Shown one piece after another: positions 38,426 to 51,333 of a DNA stretch of 64,000 nucleotides. The position numbers were made by a program, and so were the translations under genes. The notes under the pieces are model-generated. The model saw only the letters and a program-made list of their open reading frames with translations. It did no database searches and had not been told where the DNA came from. Location of the stretch: NCBI RefSeq assembly GCF_001194135.2, contig NC_069003.1:36896696-36960695 (forward strand). Reading direction: 5' to 3'. The stretch comes from Octopus bimaculoides (Eukaryota). The first letter of the stretch is position 1. Each line of letters starts with the position of its first letter.

Positions 38426-41400
38426 ACGATGATGATGACGATACTAAAATCTTCAATATTGGAGGATATTAGCATGTCATTACGTCCTTTATCTTTCATA
38501 AACCCTATGGTAGACGTAAAACGAAAATAATGCGAGGAAAACAATATTTTCCAGATATTTAGCTGTTATTTCTAGCATATCGAGTTTTCTGGTGAGGGTT
38601 TCATATTTTGTTGTCTGCTGCTTGAGGAGCAATCTACGCATGCGCAAACGAACATGCAACCGGAGTTTTGTCCCTTTGAAAAAGTGGTCGGGGGGAGGTT
38701 CTCGAAGAAAATTTGAAACTTAAAGAAAAAATATTCTTCAGATTCTCCGTAGTTTTCCACGTGGATTAAAAAAAAAAAGTTAGAAGAAAGTGAAAAATAA
38801 AAAACAAAATTACGATGGGGATAGGCTAAATTAAAAGTTTGAAAGCGTGTTTCTTTCTGGCAAAATCGTGAGAAAAAAATGAAAAAAAAAAAAAAAANNN
38901 NNNNNNNNNNNNNNNNNNNNNNNNNNNNNNNNNNNNNNNNNNNNNNNNNNNNNNNNNNNNNNNNNNNNNNNNNNNNNNNNNNNNNNNNNNNNNNNNNNNN
39001 NNNNNNNNNNNNNNNNNNNNNNNNNNNNNNNNNNNNNNNNNNNNNNNNNNNNNNNNNNNNNNNNNNNNNNNNNNNNNNNNNNNNNNNNNNNNNNNNNNNN
39101 NNNNNNNNNNNNNNNNNNNNNNNNNNNNNNNNNNNNNNNNNNNNNNNNNNNNNNNNNNNNNNNNNNNNNNNNNNNNNNNNNNNNNNNNNNNNNNNNNNNN
39201 NNNNNNNNNNNNNNNNNNNNNNNNNNNNNNNNNNNNNNNNNNNNNNNNNAAAATCCTGCGAGGAAGAAAATCCGAGACAAAAAAAGGATCAACGCAATCA
39301 TAATTTCCATCCTCAAAAATAAAGATTTTTTACTTGTTTCAGTCACTGGATCGCGGTCATGCTGGATGAGCACCATGGACGAGTTGGGATCAAACAGATT
39401 CCGTTACGTTTTTTTTTTTTTTTAAGTCTGGCAATTATCGAGGTCGGGGTGTAAATACTCGGCCTCTGCCGTGTTACCTTCAAAACTTTTTTGACCGTTT
39501 CCATTGCCAAACTGCCCAAGGGTGACCCAAGTTCTATTATACAAGTTTGCGGTGCAGGTAAAGAATACGCACACCACCCATTTTCAACGTAACCCTGACT
39601 CTAAACACCGGTAAGATATATCTTGTTAGTATATAACGGAGGTAAGTTTTACATCATCTGAAAAAGTCATTAGTTGAACTATTTAGTCCTCTTGCATTCT
39701 GGTGGGTATCAGACCTTTTGAGTGACATTCGACCCCCAGCTGACGCCCTTAAATTAAATCTATTTGGGCCACGGTCGTGGCCTGCGCTTTTCGTGTTAAA
39801 CAACTGTGAAGATCGCTCTGTGACTTTATACACAACCAAATGAATAAGCAACGAAACACTACAACAATAGATTTGTAAATAATAAAGAAGGAGAAGAAAG
39901 AGAAATATTGGGAAAACATTTGCTTGAAACTTAATGAAGTAATTAATTTGTCTAGTTCATTAAGAGAGTTCGATAGTAATTTCTGTGTAAAATAACAAAC
40001 TTACCGCCAAGTGTAGAATCAAGTTTTGTGGTTGACAGAAATGTAATAAAGCGTGGTTGTGAATCAAAGCAGCCGGTTTAATGAGCAACCGATAAACTTT
40101 AGGGCTTTATGTAAATTTCTTATCTCGAGTCACGTCGAGACAGTGGGGGCAAGGAGGTAAGTAACAGCTGATTACATTCGCTGACCTGGTTTCGATTCCC
40201 GGGTGTGACAAATTTCTTTCACATTCGAAAGCTGATTTTCTGCAGCTTGTTGTCTGAGACTATGATTTTCATTTAGATTTACGAGCTTTTTACATATTAA
40301 ATAAGTTACGAGAATCAGTACATTCTGTGAGGCCCACCTCTGTATATTTGTATTATCAACAAACACCACAAAACAGAACAACGTTGTACAACAGACAGCA
40401 GCAGTGATTTATTCATCAGCATGAATTGGATGTGGAGAAATTGCTGGCCAGAGGAGAAACAAATCTGGCCGAACCGAATATATTTTCGTTAATCTTACGA
40501 CTCTTTTTGTTACATCACTTCTATTACAAAATAGTCATTAAAAATTGGGTTGTCTCCCCACTAAAAAAATGTGGCGACAAGAGACTGGATTGAAAGAGAT
40601 CTTTCTGATTCAATAATTCAACACATTGTTGATGTTTGGCCTCCTCAATAGGAATGGTATGGTGTTTTTGTTTGGCAAAATAATTGACAATTAATTGCAA
40701 TAATTGATTGGCCTATACCCCGATTAAAATTAAATGATTGGAAAGGTTCCAATCAATTATTTACACCGGTGGCGGTGGAGGTGCGTCTGTGTTAGTTTGG
40801 ATTATTTTGGATGTAAAAAGAGTTGACTTGCAATGCTATTATCTTACCACATTTATCTGTTTTATATGAAAACCAGAAACTAATGAACGGATTGAAGCCC
40901 CACCCCACCCCCACCCTTATTCATGATATTTACCAGACAGATAAAATGTTGTAGATGAGGTATGGACTGGACCGTTCAACAGGATCCAGTGAGTCAAATG
41001 ACTGTGTCAAGCTTTAATATCTTTCTTTGGCATAATTTCTATGACAAGATCCTTTCTTAACACCAATGGCTGTTCAGAATGTATTCAGTGCTTTTTACCA
41101 ACACTAATGAGGTTACTATGGAACTCCCAAGACTAAAAAGCTGCCTGGAAGTCTCGTAGAGAGAGGGGCACCAGCTTTATGCTAGGTGCTGAGGGTGACA
41201 AAAGCATGTAAATGTATAAAAGAGTGCAGCAAGCCTTGTCCTGGATGAAGAATTTGGAGTTTAAGTTTAAATCCTTGAGCATTACAAGCTTTTCTATACT
41301 GAACTTATCCAGCTCTCACCTGCTGTCTGTATCGTCGCCCTTCATAATGCCGACCACCTTACAGGGTGTACTGGGGGCTTTTTATGTGGCACCAGCATTA

Positions 41401-42212
41401 GAGCTTTTTATGTGACACCATATGCATGTATATATCTATGTACATATGTACATACGTATGTATGTATGTAACACTTCTCCCTGGACCAACTTCAGCAGGA
41501 TGATCAAAAGTTGAACCTTTTTCATGGAACAACTTCAACAGCAAAACATTGCAGAATATAAAATGGCAGAAGAAGTAAAAACAACCAAAATCATTTCAAT
41601 TTTAAGTTTTATTTATTTTCACTTTTATTTCTTGACTGTCAAGGTTTTTGATTCAGCAAAGAATGGTGTAATTCTTTAACTCTTCACCTCTTTATTTAGT
41701 TATTGCTATTTTCACTCTGAAATACGATGTTAAGCTCTCAGCTCAGCTCAGCTGTTCTGTGCTATTTACACATCTTTCTCTGAGACAAGCAGAGATTTTC
41801 ATATAAGTCACTTCAAACAGGATGATCAGGAGATTTTACCTCTCCTTGGGGTTGATTGTGGTGCCATGCCCATATTAGGAACATATATCCTTTTGCCATG
41901 GTCGTTGTGGTTATGAAGTGAAAAGCAAAATCATTTGAGTATCGGATAAAATGACAAGTGGTGTTTCTTCTGAATTATTACATTTTGTGTTCAAATTCCA
42001 CTGGAGCTAACTTTGCCTCTCATCCTTCTGGGGTTGATATAATAAAGTACCAGTCAAGAAATAGGGGTCAATGTAAATGTCTTGCCTTTCCCTAAAATTG
42101 CCGGCTTTGTGCCAAAATTAGAAAGAATTATTATGAAGTGAAATACATAAATGCCATAACTTCTCATTTAGCCTTAGTTTTCTGAGACCCTTGTAGCTGA
42201 TACAAGAAAGTC

Positions 42213-42278
42213 TTATGCTGTTAAATCACAGGAAATTTTGGGCCGTTGTTCAGTTGACTTCAATAAGATATCATTGAC
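42213..42278 (-). CDS. DHRS11: SDR copy A exon 7 (VNDILLKSTEQRPKISCDLTA-stop)
   Basis: attatag acceptor; aligns to copy B INEIMMRPTKQ; TAA at 42213-42215. Confidence 0.82.
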   Translation of the reverse strand, partial: VNDILLKSTEQRPKISCDLTA

Positions 42279-42479
42279 CTATAATGGAGGCAAAGAGACA
42301 AGATAACAATTTAACAGGTCATAAAAAAACATTAGAAAAGAGATACGAGATATATATATATGTTCTTGTATATAATATAATGCAAACATAAAAGTATCAT
42401 TACAGGTGACAATAATGCAATCACTGTGTTGCAGGAAATTGACCTGTTTATGGACATATTTGAAGTATCAACAACATAC

Positions 42480-42545
42480 CTCACAATGCTTGGGTGTCTG
42501 TAGGGTGAAGACAACAGCATCTGCGATATCCTGCGGTTCAAGAAC
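42480..42545 (-). CDS. DHRS11: SDR copy A exon 6 (VLEPQDIADAVVFTLQTPKHCE)
   Basis: catag acceptor, GAG|GTATGT donor, 66 nt. Confidence 0.9.
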
Positions 42546-43142
42546 CTATGAATATTGAAAAAAGAATGGATTATACTGTATCGTTACAATTTTGTTTCAA
42601 TAAAAGATTTTATTGCATTGAACCATCATAGAGGCAAATATATATGACAAACAGCATGAATAAGATTTTGCCAAAACACATCAGGGAACCTTTCAGTTCT
42701 TTAGGCTGTAACATGTTGCATGAGAGCAACTGCTGACGTGCTGCTGGATACTCTTGGAGTTTGGAGTAGCAAACACAAGTGAACTTCTTGTGTTGATTAT
42801 CTGCCGATTTGTGTTTAACCATTTAGCCAATTATATTGTTTTTATTGTAAGTAGGACTTTACATTTGTATAATCTTGATTTGTATTGATATATTTATATA
42901 TTTTTAATGTAATTATGAATTTATATATTTTTATTGTACAATTTTGTGCGCATAATATCTTTATAACGGAATATATTTTATGAAATGCGTATTTGTAACC
43001 TGTCTTCTGTTTCTCATCATTATTTTTCCTATTTCTCCAATGGCTCAAATGTCTTGGGTGCTTCAGTGCGTCTTCTATATATAGAGAGAATTTATCTCTA
43101 AAAAATAAATTACACACACACACAAATATAATGTGTATAAAA

Positions 43143-43173
<31 letters not shown>

Positions 43174-43204
43174 CATGTATATAAGGAAAAAACATTGCTC
43201 AAAC

Positions 43205-43297
43205 CTTGATTTTCTTAAACATGTATGTGACCAAATCATGTTTATCAGGATAGAGGCGGTATTGAAACTCTGACTCCACAATACCAGGGGATATGGC
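43205..43297 (-). CDS. DHRS11: SDR copy A exon 5 (AISPGIVESEFQYRLYPDKHDLVTYMFKKIK)
   Basis: ttctacag acceptor, AAG|GTTTGA donor; ISPG motif. Confidence 0.9.
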
Positions 43298-43754
43298 CTG
43301 TAGAAGACAATAATGTACAAGCAGAGTGAGTGTATATCCAACAGGTCCAATGTGGTGTATATGTCACTAATATGTTCTTCCATACAACTCATATCTATAT
43401 TCTGAATGATGTATAAACATCCTATATACTGTCATTTGAACATGAACAGAGTTAGTGTAAGGTGTGTATACTCCATAACTTGTTGTCATGAGTAGACTCA
43501 TGACTTAAGACATTCCAGCCAGGCCCATCATCTCTTTGATTTTCTTAAAACTTCATGCTTTGTTCATCTTTCACATCCTACAACTTGCCGTTATAACAAC
43601 AAATTTTAATCGTTACAACTGCTGACTCCGACATTTCATATTATTGTTTACTAATTAACATCTCCCATTACAAATGGTGACCCTCAACTTCAATTAAAAT
43701 CTTAACCGTTACACATATAAATATCAACAGAAAAATACAATTCTCAGAACTTAC

Positions 43755-43884
43755 TGTAACTTTGATATCAGACTTGAGACGGCGCAGTTCATTCCTAAGC
43801 CCCGTTACTAGTGAAGTGATGGCAAATTTGGTTGCAGAAAAGAAGTGCACTTCTGGTAAGTCAATCACTCTATGGCCTGATAAG
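43755..43884 (-). CDS. DHRS11: SDR copy A exon 4 (LSGHRVIDLPEVHFFSATKFAITSLVTGLRNELRRLKSDIKVT)
   Basis: ttgcag acceptor, ACA|GTAAGT donor, 130 nt; FSATK replaces YSATK. Confidence 0.93.
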
Positions 43885-44339
43885 CTGCAATACCAAATCA
43901 ACATAAAGAAATGTTTGTGTGCATGCAATGGAAATTTTGACACCATATAACAAACAATAAATGTTTAAGTGAAGTTAACAGTCTTTGTGTGTTACTGAAT
44001 GGTTAACTTTTGTCTTCCACACTAAAATTGGTTTATATATATTTATATCTAAATATCATGTAACCGATCGAATTATCGGATGTTGTTACACATCGCTGGT
44101 CAGAAAATTACAGACAATTAATAAATTACAGAAGCATTTAATGCGTGCGTGCATGCATGCATGTTGCAGAGAGAACGTCTTCACCTGAGGCAAAGCTGTG
44201 TATAATTTATAAAGAATGCTCGTTTACAGTCAGGAATGTCTCTTTACAGTGCATATAGTGTTCGTTTGCAGGGTGTATAGTATTTGTCTAGAGGGAGTTT
44301 TTTGTCCTTATTGTGTAGATAGTGATTGTCTCTACTGAC

Positions 44340-44434
44340 CTGTTAATGTAGATCACATGACCATCGTTGATCTCATGTTCCTGCATTGACTTAACGGCTT
44401 CTCTTGTGCAGATGCTGGGAGCCAATACATTCAC
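44340..44434 (-). CDS. DHRS11: SDR copy A exon 3 (VNVLAPSICTREAVKSMQEHEINDGHVIYINS)
   Basis: caacag acceptor, AG|GTCAGT donor, 95 nt. Confidence 0.93.
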
Positions 44435-45175
44435 CTGTTGAAAACACATATTAACCAAGATATTAAAGATGGAGAGAACTTGTGTGTATGTGTGTGCACA
44501 CAAACGCGTGTAGCTTATATACATACATACATACACACATATATATACGTGGGTGGTCTAAAAATCCATAAGTCAGGAAAAAGATGCGCTCATATATCTG
44601 TGGGTATATTATCCGAAGTGTACAATGTTATATATCCATCATCTCCAATCTTACGAATCGGTTTCACACTAGGGGTTCAATCGAGTGTTAGGTAACAATC
44701 TGATTATATAACCCTACGCTCATCAGAGGTAGCCGACATGGAATGAAATATGGTTTATTCCAGACTTGTGGTTTCAATGCATTTTGCTTTTGTATATCAA
44801 CTTTTGTTAGTTCCTTGTAAATTTTTCTTTGAGATAAGGGTGGTTCATTGGTAGAGTTTGTGTTGTTGGTTCTTATCACTAGAGTATCTTTAAGGAGAAT
44901 CTCTTGTATGTGGATATCATCACTGCTTTATCTAAAGTGGTCAAAACTGTGTTCAGTTTTGAGATAAATAAATTGAACTGACAAAATATTTCTGTGAGAA
45001 GTTTCTCCGTGTTTCTGATATCTCTCGATTGTTATTTCATTCGTTCTGACATTTTGTACATCCGAATAGATATGAATGGATTATCTGAAGTGTTGCACAG
45101 ATTTCATATATTAAGAAACAGTTGAGGAGAAAGAATGGAGGAAAGAGGGAGGGAGGAAGTGGAGAAACCACTTAC

Positions 45176-45379
45176 ATTGAACATCTCCCGCCATTTGTTA
45201 GTGTCCCCAGTAAGCAATGGCTCGGCGTGGGCCAGTCCTGCATTGTTGATGCACACATCCACTCCTCCATAATGGGATTTGATGGTCCCAAACATGGACA
45301 GGATGTCAGACTCATTGTTGAGGTCACATTTCACAGCCAACAAGGAACCTGCTTCACCTTTCAGTTCATCAGAGATTTC
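45176..45379 (-). CDS. DHRS11: SDR copy A exon 2 (EISDELKGEAG...INNAGLAHAEPLLTGDTNKWREMFN)
   Basis: cgcag acceptor, AAT|GTAAGT donor, 204 nt. Confidence 0.95.
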
Positions 45380-45534
45380 CTGCGATAGATTAGCAACAGA
45401 AAACACTTAATTAACATTGGATAACAGATTTTGATTAAGCAAAAATGGAAAGCAATAACCCAGTTTTTTAATGGGGGTGAGGTAACCAAAAAGTACCAAA
45501 ATTTTTTTCCTTTTTAAAAAAGTTAAAACCAAAC

Positions 45535-45666
45535 CTCAATATGCTGCACATTTCTTGCACATCCAACAACATTCATACCACTCTTCACCAAATTCCTACA
45601 GATGGCTGCACCAATGCCAGTGGAAGCACCAGTAACTAGAGCTGTTCGTTTAATCCATCGTTCCAT
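45535..45666 (-). CDS. DHRS11: DHRS11-like SDR copy A, exon 1 of 7; complement(join(42213..42278,42480..42545,43205..43297,43755..43884,44340..44434,45176..45379,45535..45666)), 261 aa, catalytic Tyr replaced by Phe
   Basis: MERWIKRTALVTGASTGIGAAICRNLVKSGMNVVGCARNVQHIE; TGxxxGxG motif; GAG|GTTTGG donor. Confidence 0.93.
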
Positions 45667-47458
45667 GGTTGAGCTGAGAGTTTGGTGAGGCACAAGAATA
45701 AGAAAATTAAATCATTTTGATGTAGGATTTGATGACGGACTATTTAGGAAAAAAACAAGAGAATTAGTGGGGAGGGGTACATATTTGAATGGGTGAGGAG
45801 GAAAGAGAGAGAGAGAGGATGAGAAGGAAGAAGTGAGATATTAGAAGGTAAATGTGTCGATCTTCCTTTACCATTTTTGCTCTAAATAACAACAACAATA
45901 AATTCTTCAAATTATTGGTACAAGACCAGCATGCCGATGATTCTGCCAGCTCACTGCCTTATTTATAATAATAATAATAATAATAATCCTTTCTACTCTA
46001 GGCACAAAGTCTGAAATTTGAGGGGAGGGGACTAGTCAATTAAATCAACCTCAGTATTCAACTGGTACTCATTTCATTGACCCCAAAAGGATGAAAGGCA
46101 AAGTCAACCTCAGCAGAAATTGAACTCAGAATGTAGCAACGGGCGAAATACTACTAAGAATTTTATTGGGTAGTCACAAGTGAGTTTGGATTTGTGAGAT
46201 GGGATATGAGGGAAGATTTGGCAGCTATTTCTAGCAGGTGAAGAATGATCATGTAGCAGATATTTTCTATGGGACCGCTATGCATGATTAACGGGAAATT
46301 CTTGAAAAATTTGAGAAAGTTTAATGCATTTTGCTGATGCAGTGCATGTGACAAAGTGTGTGTGTGTGTGTGTATGTAGTGAATGCACATGGTTTTGTGG
46401 TTGGGGGAATCAGCTCTCAACGGTAAGGTCGTTAGTTTGACTTCTGGAGGCATGTAATGTCCTTGAGCACAACATTCCATGTCGCTCCACTCGTTTGACA
46501 AAAAATGAGTTGTACCTGAGATAAAAAGGTAAAAAATGATAATAATAATAATAGAGTTTTGCTTCTTGGTTTGTGAGAACAACATAGCATGACAGCTGAG
46601 AATGGCTAGAAGAGGAACATATATTTGAATAGCAAAGTAAATTTTATGATTAGAAAATTGTTATTTTTAAATCTCACAACGAGAGATATTCAGTGACAAT
46701 ACTTTGGAGTAAAGATTGTTTGCCAATATAACATGGCAGTCCTGGAAATACATAGATATGGTTTTGAGCAGGGTGGTGGGTGCTAGATTCGCTTGTTCGA
46801 AAATATAAGGACACAGATTGTGTCGTATAGCCAGCTGGAGACGGTGTCTCCTGGGGCTAAATTACAGCAACATCAGTTCAAAACCAGGACTGCCATGTTA
46901 TGTTGGCAAACAATCTTTACTCTAAATTTTATGATGTTTGAAACTACATTTTCTTTTTAAAAAATATATATATTCTACTTACAAGGGAAAAATACAGAAG
47001 TATACTTTGTGTGTACAAAATATTTCGTGTGTCAGCTGCAGAAATCTCAATAAAAGAAAGACAGTTTTTGTTTTCCTGTGTTTATGACCTGAAATTACCA
47101 GACCAAGTAAGAAAGAAAACAAGTCTTTCTCTTTCACACAATTCAATTTTGTCAATGCATTTAGCATGCCAATTAATTACGCACACACACATCTGTGTGT
47201 GTGTGTGTGTATGGTCTGTATGTATTCAAAACCTGTTTTAGAGAGTTATGTAATCAACATCAAGCAAAGACATACCCTATGTATGTATGTATATACATGT
47301 ATATATATACATATTTCTAGTTGTTGCTTTTTTCGTAAATTCACCCATATATATATATACATTTACACATGCGTATATGTGTGTGTGTATATATATATAT
47401 ATACACACATGCATAAACATGTATATATACATGCACACACGTGTGTGTGTATCTTTTA

Positions 47459-47830
47459 CCTTTTGCTTGTTTCTGTCATTGGACTGTGGCCATGCTGGGG
47501 CACTGCTTTTAAGAGCTTTAACTCAAACAGTACTTATACTTTGTTTTTAAGTCAGATATGTATTCTATCAGTCTCTTTAGCCAGTCTGCTCAGTTACAAG
47601 GTCACAAATAAATGAATACCAGGGCATCAAGTGGTGATGGGTGGTAACAACCACACATGCATAGATTTGTGCATGCGTGTATTTATATGATGGGCTTCGA
47701 TACAGTTTCCATGTACCAGATTTATTCACAAGGCATTAATTGATCTGGGCTTATAATTGAAAACCCATGTCCAAGTCGCCAAGCAGTGGGTCTGAACTCA
47801 AAACCAGAGAGTTGCAAAGCAGCGTTCGTT
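47459..47830 (-). mobile_element. SINE family A copy
   Basis: CTTTTGCTTGTTTCTGTCATTGGACTGTGGCCATGCTGGGGCAC...CCAAG...GCAGTGGGTCTGAACTC, colinear with 27938-28270. Confidence 0.7.
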
Positions 47831-49087
47831 TCCTGGATAATCTCATCCTTAAACGATGTGGGATATCCATGTACCTTCTCTGTAGCAAGATATCTCCATC
47901 TCTGTCGGTCTTTGACCTAAAGCTACCTCTCCACCATTTCAAATACCTCACCACCACTTAATCGATCAGGTCATCCCATTAAGTTCTGTTCAAATTTTGA
48001 ATAAAGAAAACAAGTGATCAAATGTTATATTTAATTGAAATTTAATCATCAATGACTTCCTTCCATCTATTTACAAGCTTTTTAATCCCATCAATGTAAA
48101 ACTCTTTCAAAGCAAAGAACTCTGAAATGTCAGTTTTGACCTCCTCCTGGCTTGCGAAAGTTATGTCCCCCAAATGATTCTGTAAACTACGAAACAAATG
48201 GTGGTCTGAAGGAGCAAGGTCGGGAGAATAAGGTGGATGAGCAATTTTTTCCCAACAAAAGCTCTTTGATCTTCTGTGATGTGATCAATCCCACCAGATA
48301 GAGAGAAGAACCTTTTTCCCATGAAGTTCCCTTCTCGGATGTGGTTGAGCTTTTTCCCTTTTACCAAACCAGTTTACGTTTAACATTTCGATAGAAGATC
48401 CATTTTTCGTCACAAGTCTATCCAAAAAGGGTGAAATGAGTTCGGGAGAATGGAGAGAAGATCAGATGCCAACTCAGGATTTGTGGTTGCTTTCGGACAA
48501 TTCATGAGGCTCCCATTTTCCAAGTTGTTGAAGATGATGTATTATGTAGCTGCTATACAGTTTCATACTATAGTTACTGTTATCTTGCTAGTCTCACTAA
48601 TTGAACTGTGGCCATACTGGGGCACTGCATTCTATGATCTAGTCAACTCAATTCTAGTTCTTTTGATTCGTTTTCATTTTGTCGACTTTGTAAGGGCAAA
48701 GAACAAAATATCACGTGTGTGTACACAGGATGTTGCTGCCACATCTATTGAAGGGAGGCTAATATTAAAAGAAGCAATGAGGAAATAACCATTTCCATTT
48801 CTTTCTCTGACTATTTAAACTCTTCAAAATGGATCGATAGTTTCTGGTTATCATAATCCGAGCAAATATAATTTCTCATTGGAAAAAAAAAGACAACGAA
48901 GGTACCTCTATGCTATCATTTAAAATAGCAGCCAAATTGCCTTCATATCATATCGTTAAATAGAAACACTGGATTAAGGAAACCGAGATACTGAAAACGT
49001 TGTTCGCAGTGATGAATAGAACGTTTTTGGGTGTTAAATCAGTGGAGGCGATTATTGTTCATTCTCAAGACCAATAAAATGTAACGC

Positions 49088-49277
49088 TTTCTACTCTAGA
49101 CACAAGGCCAGCAATTTCGAGGGAGGGGGTAAGTTGATTACATCGATCCTCAGTGCACAACTGATAATTATTTTATCGACTCTGAAAAGATGAAAAGTAA
49201 AATCGATCCCAGCAAAATTTGAACTTGGGAACCTAAAGACGTACGAAATGCCGGTTAGCATTTTGCCAACTCGTCGC
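49088..49277 (+). mobile_element. SINE-like family B copy
   Basis: TTTCTACTCTAGACACAAGGCC...GAAAAGATGAAAAGTAAAATCGA...AATTTGAAC, colinear with 45988-46160 and 13845-14012. Confidence 0.7.
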
Positions 49278-49771
49278 CTTAAGACCAATAAAAAATATAC
49301 TAAATATTATTTTCCAGTTGTTTTCTTTAGTAAATCTAGAGTTGTCGCCCTTGCCTTGTGTTCCAAGAGTTTCGTCCTTAAAACACAGTAAATTGACATT
49401 AAATATTGCCTTTGATGGCATATAAAATGCAGACCCTCTATGCAAAGTCAGATCCATAATACATGCTTTAATGCATTAAATACCTTCTCCTTTTTTGCCT
49501 CAATATGCGTTGTTGAAATTGGGTTCCATCTAATCTACTCGTGCGTCTTTTATGCCATCAATTATAGTAACTTTATTATATTCACGCCTCTTAAGTATGC
49601 CAGTACTTACTTCAGTGAAATATTTTCACCATACACAGCCAAACTGTTTTGTTTCTTCGGAGATTGGAGAGAGAAAGCCAAGACACTGAGTCTTATGAAA
49701 GAGATGATGAAGAACTGAGACATCTGGTGCCTTACTGTATTCAAGACCACCACAGCAGGATTAATACTGGT

Positions 49772-49950
49772 GCTCATGCCACATAAAAAGCATCCAGTAC
49801 ACTTCGTGGAGTGGTTGGCATTAGGAAGGGCGTCCGGCTGTAGAAACCAGGCCAAAACAGCCAATGGAACCTGGTGCAGCTCTCCAGCCCTGCCAGCTCC
49901 TGTCAAAGCATCCAACTCACATCACCATGGAAACCGGATATTAAATGATG
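49772..49950 (+). mobile_element. Dispersed copy of the RTE-associated 3' tail family
   Basis: GTGGTTGGCATTAGGAAGGGCGTCCGGCTGTAGAAACC...GATATTAAATGATGACGAAGATGAT; colinear with 38270-38440. Confidence 0.7.
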
Positions 49951-50547
49951 ACGAAGATGATCATTATGTTAATGTGTATAAAAACACACAAACACAGAAA
50001 AAAAAAAAAGAAAAAAGAAAAACAAAACAAGACAAAACTCAGTATGGAAAGTGTTCATATCTTTTTTTTTATTATTCTGTTGATTTATGTACATTTACAG
50101 TCTCAGAAAACAAAGTGGAAGGGGCCAAGGGTTTGAGGCTTTCGCCTTTCTTAAAAAAAAAAAAATTATAGAATTAAGGACAGGGTAAAAAAAAAAAATA
50201 AATAAAAATACCTTTGTTGAAAGTCGAGAAAAAGAAAACAAATGGGGGAGACAGGAAAAAAAGTTTTCTTGAAATTTTAAATTCCGCATTCTTATAGTAA
50301 ATGTGAGAAAAATCCAACAGTCTCTCCAACTAATGTCTCCCAAACCTACAAGGAGTTTGTTTGGGTGGGGAGTGAGGTCGCCAGGTGCCAGTAGAGACTG
50401 GGCAGTCGACGGACATAGAAGAGGCTGGACATGCCAATATGAAATGCAGAAAACTCATTTTGCTTAGGGATTGCAGTAGTAAATGCAGAGACGTGATAGA
50501 CAGAGTGAAGAGAAGAGAGATAGAAAAATGGTGGTGGAAAGTAGTTC

Positions 50548-50594
50548 TCAAACACCTTCTCCTCTGGAGGGTTCATCGAAGTTTTCCACAAGAT
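50548..50594 (-). CDS. BTF3: BTF3 exon 6 (DLVENFDEPSRGEGV-stop)
   Basis: T-rich tract plus tttcag acceptor; conserved DLVENFDE motif; TGA at 50548-50550. Confidence 0.94.
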
Positions 50595-51270
50595 CTGAAA
50601 CAAAAAAAAAAACAAGCATTTATTATCTCACAGATTATCACAAAGCTTTGGAAAACAGTCACCTATTTTATTTAGTCAATCCCATGCTACTCGGCTGGTC
50701 TCACTAAAAATAAGCCAACGTACGAGGAGTATATTATTTTAAAATGATTCTCTCTCAGAATCAGGTTAAGACTTGCAGAGGGTCGTAGGAGGCCATTCAG
50801 AGTCCCTTCTTCAAAAAAGAAAAAAAGTGTTATGTCACTGAAACCATTCAAAGAGGGTCCAATGTATCGGCTGATTATGGGTTCTAGCTTTTGACTAGGC
50901 CTGCCCCATCGAAATTGTTGGCCAAAATTTAAAAACAATTATTATTATTATAAGGCAGTGGAGCTGGTAAAATCGTTTGTTCAGTGGCTTTTATGATCCT
51001 TACCGTTGATGTAAAACTGACATCGACATTTTGATATCGACTGTCAGAACATTACAAGCTAAAACCTTTGTTCTACCCACAAAGACTCCTTCTTGTTCCA
51101 CTGATTTGATTGAGGCCTTGAAATCCCTTTGAGTTACAAACTAGAAACTGAGAAGCCTGGTAGCTTATGTTGAGTGATAAGGGATGGGGAATGATGGTTA
51201 ATGCTTAAGGAAACATGCAAAAGCCTACAAGATGTGTGTGGGAATGGTGGAAGCAAAAAGTCTACTGTAC

Positions 51271-51333
51271 CAGGAACTTCATCATCATCAGCATCAATGT
51301 CTTCTGTAGAAGGTTTGCTGGTGTCTCCCTCTG
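51271..51333 (-). CDS. BTF3: BTF3 exon 5 (AEGDTSKPSTEDIDADDDEVP)
   Basis: Acidic linker ending DDDEVP; tandem cagcag acceptor; G|GTACAG donor; phase 1/1. Confidence 0.9.

Noticed and set aside
40129-40210. tRNA-like pattern: GTCACGT/GTGTGAC acceptor stem, TTCGATT loop, GTAA/TTAC stem around CAGCTGA
   Set aside because: No D-arm or A-box, no U33, G53 absent, and stems are weak; at best a decayed relic. tRNAscan-SE would settle it.
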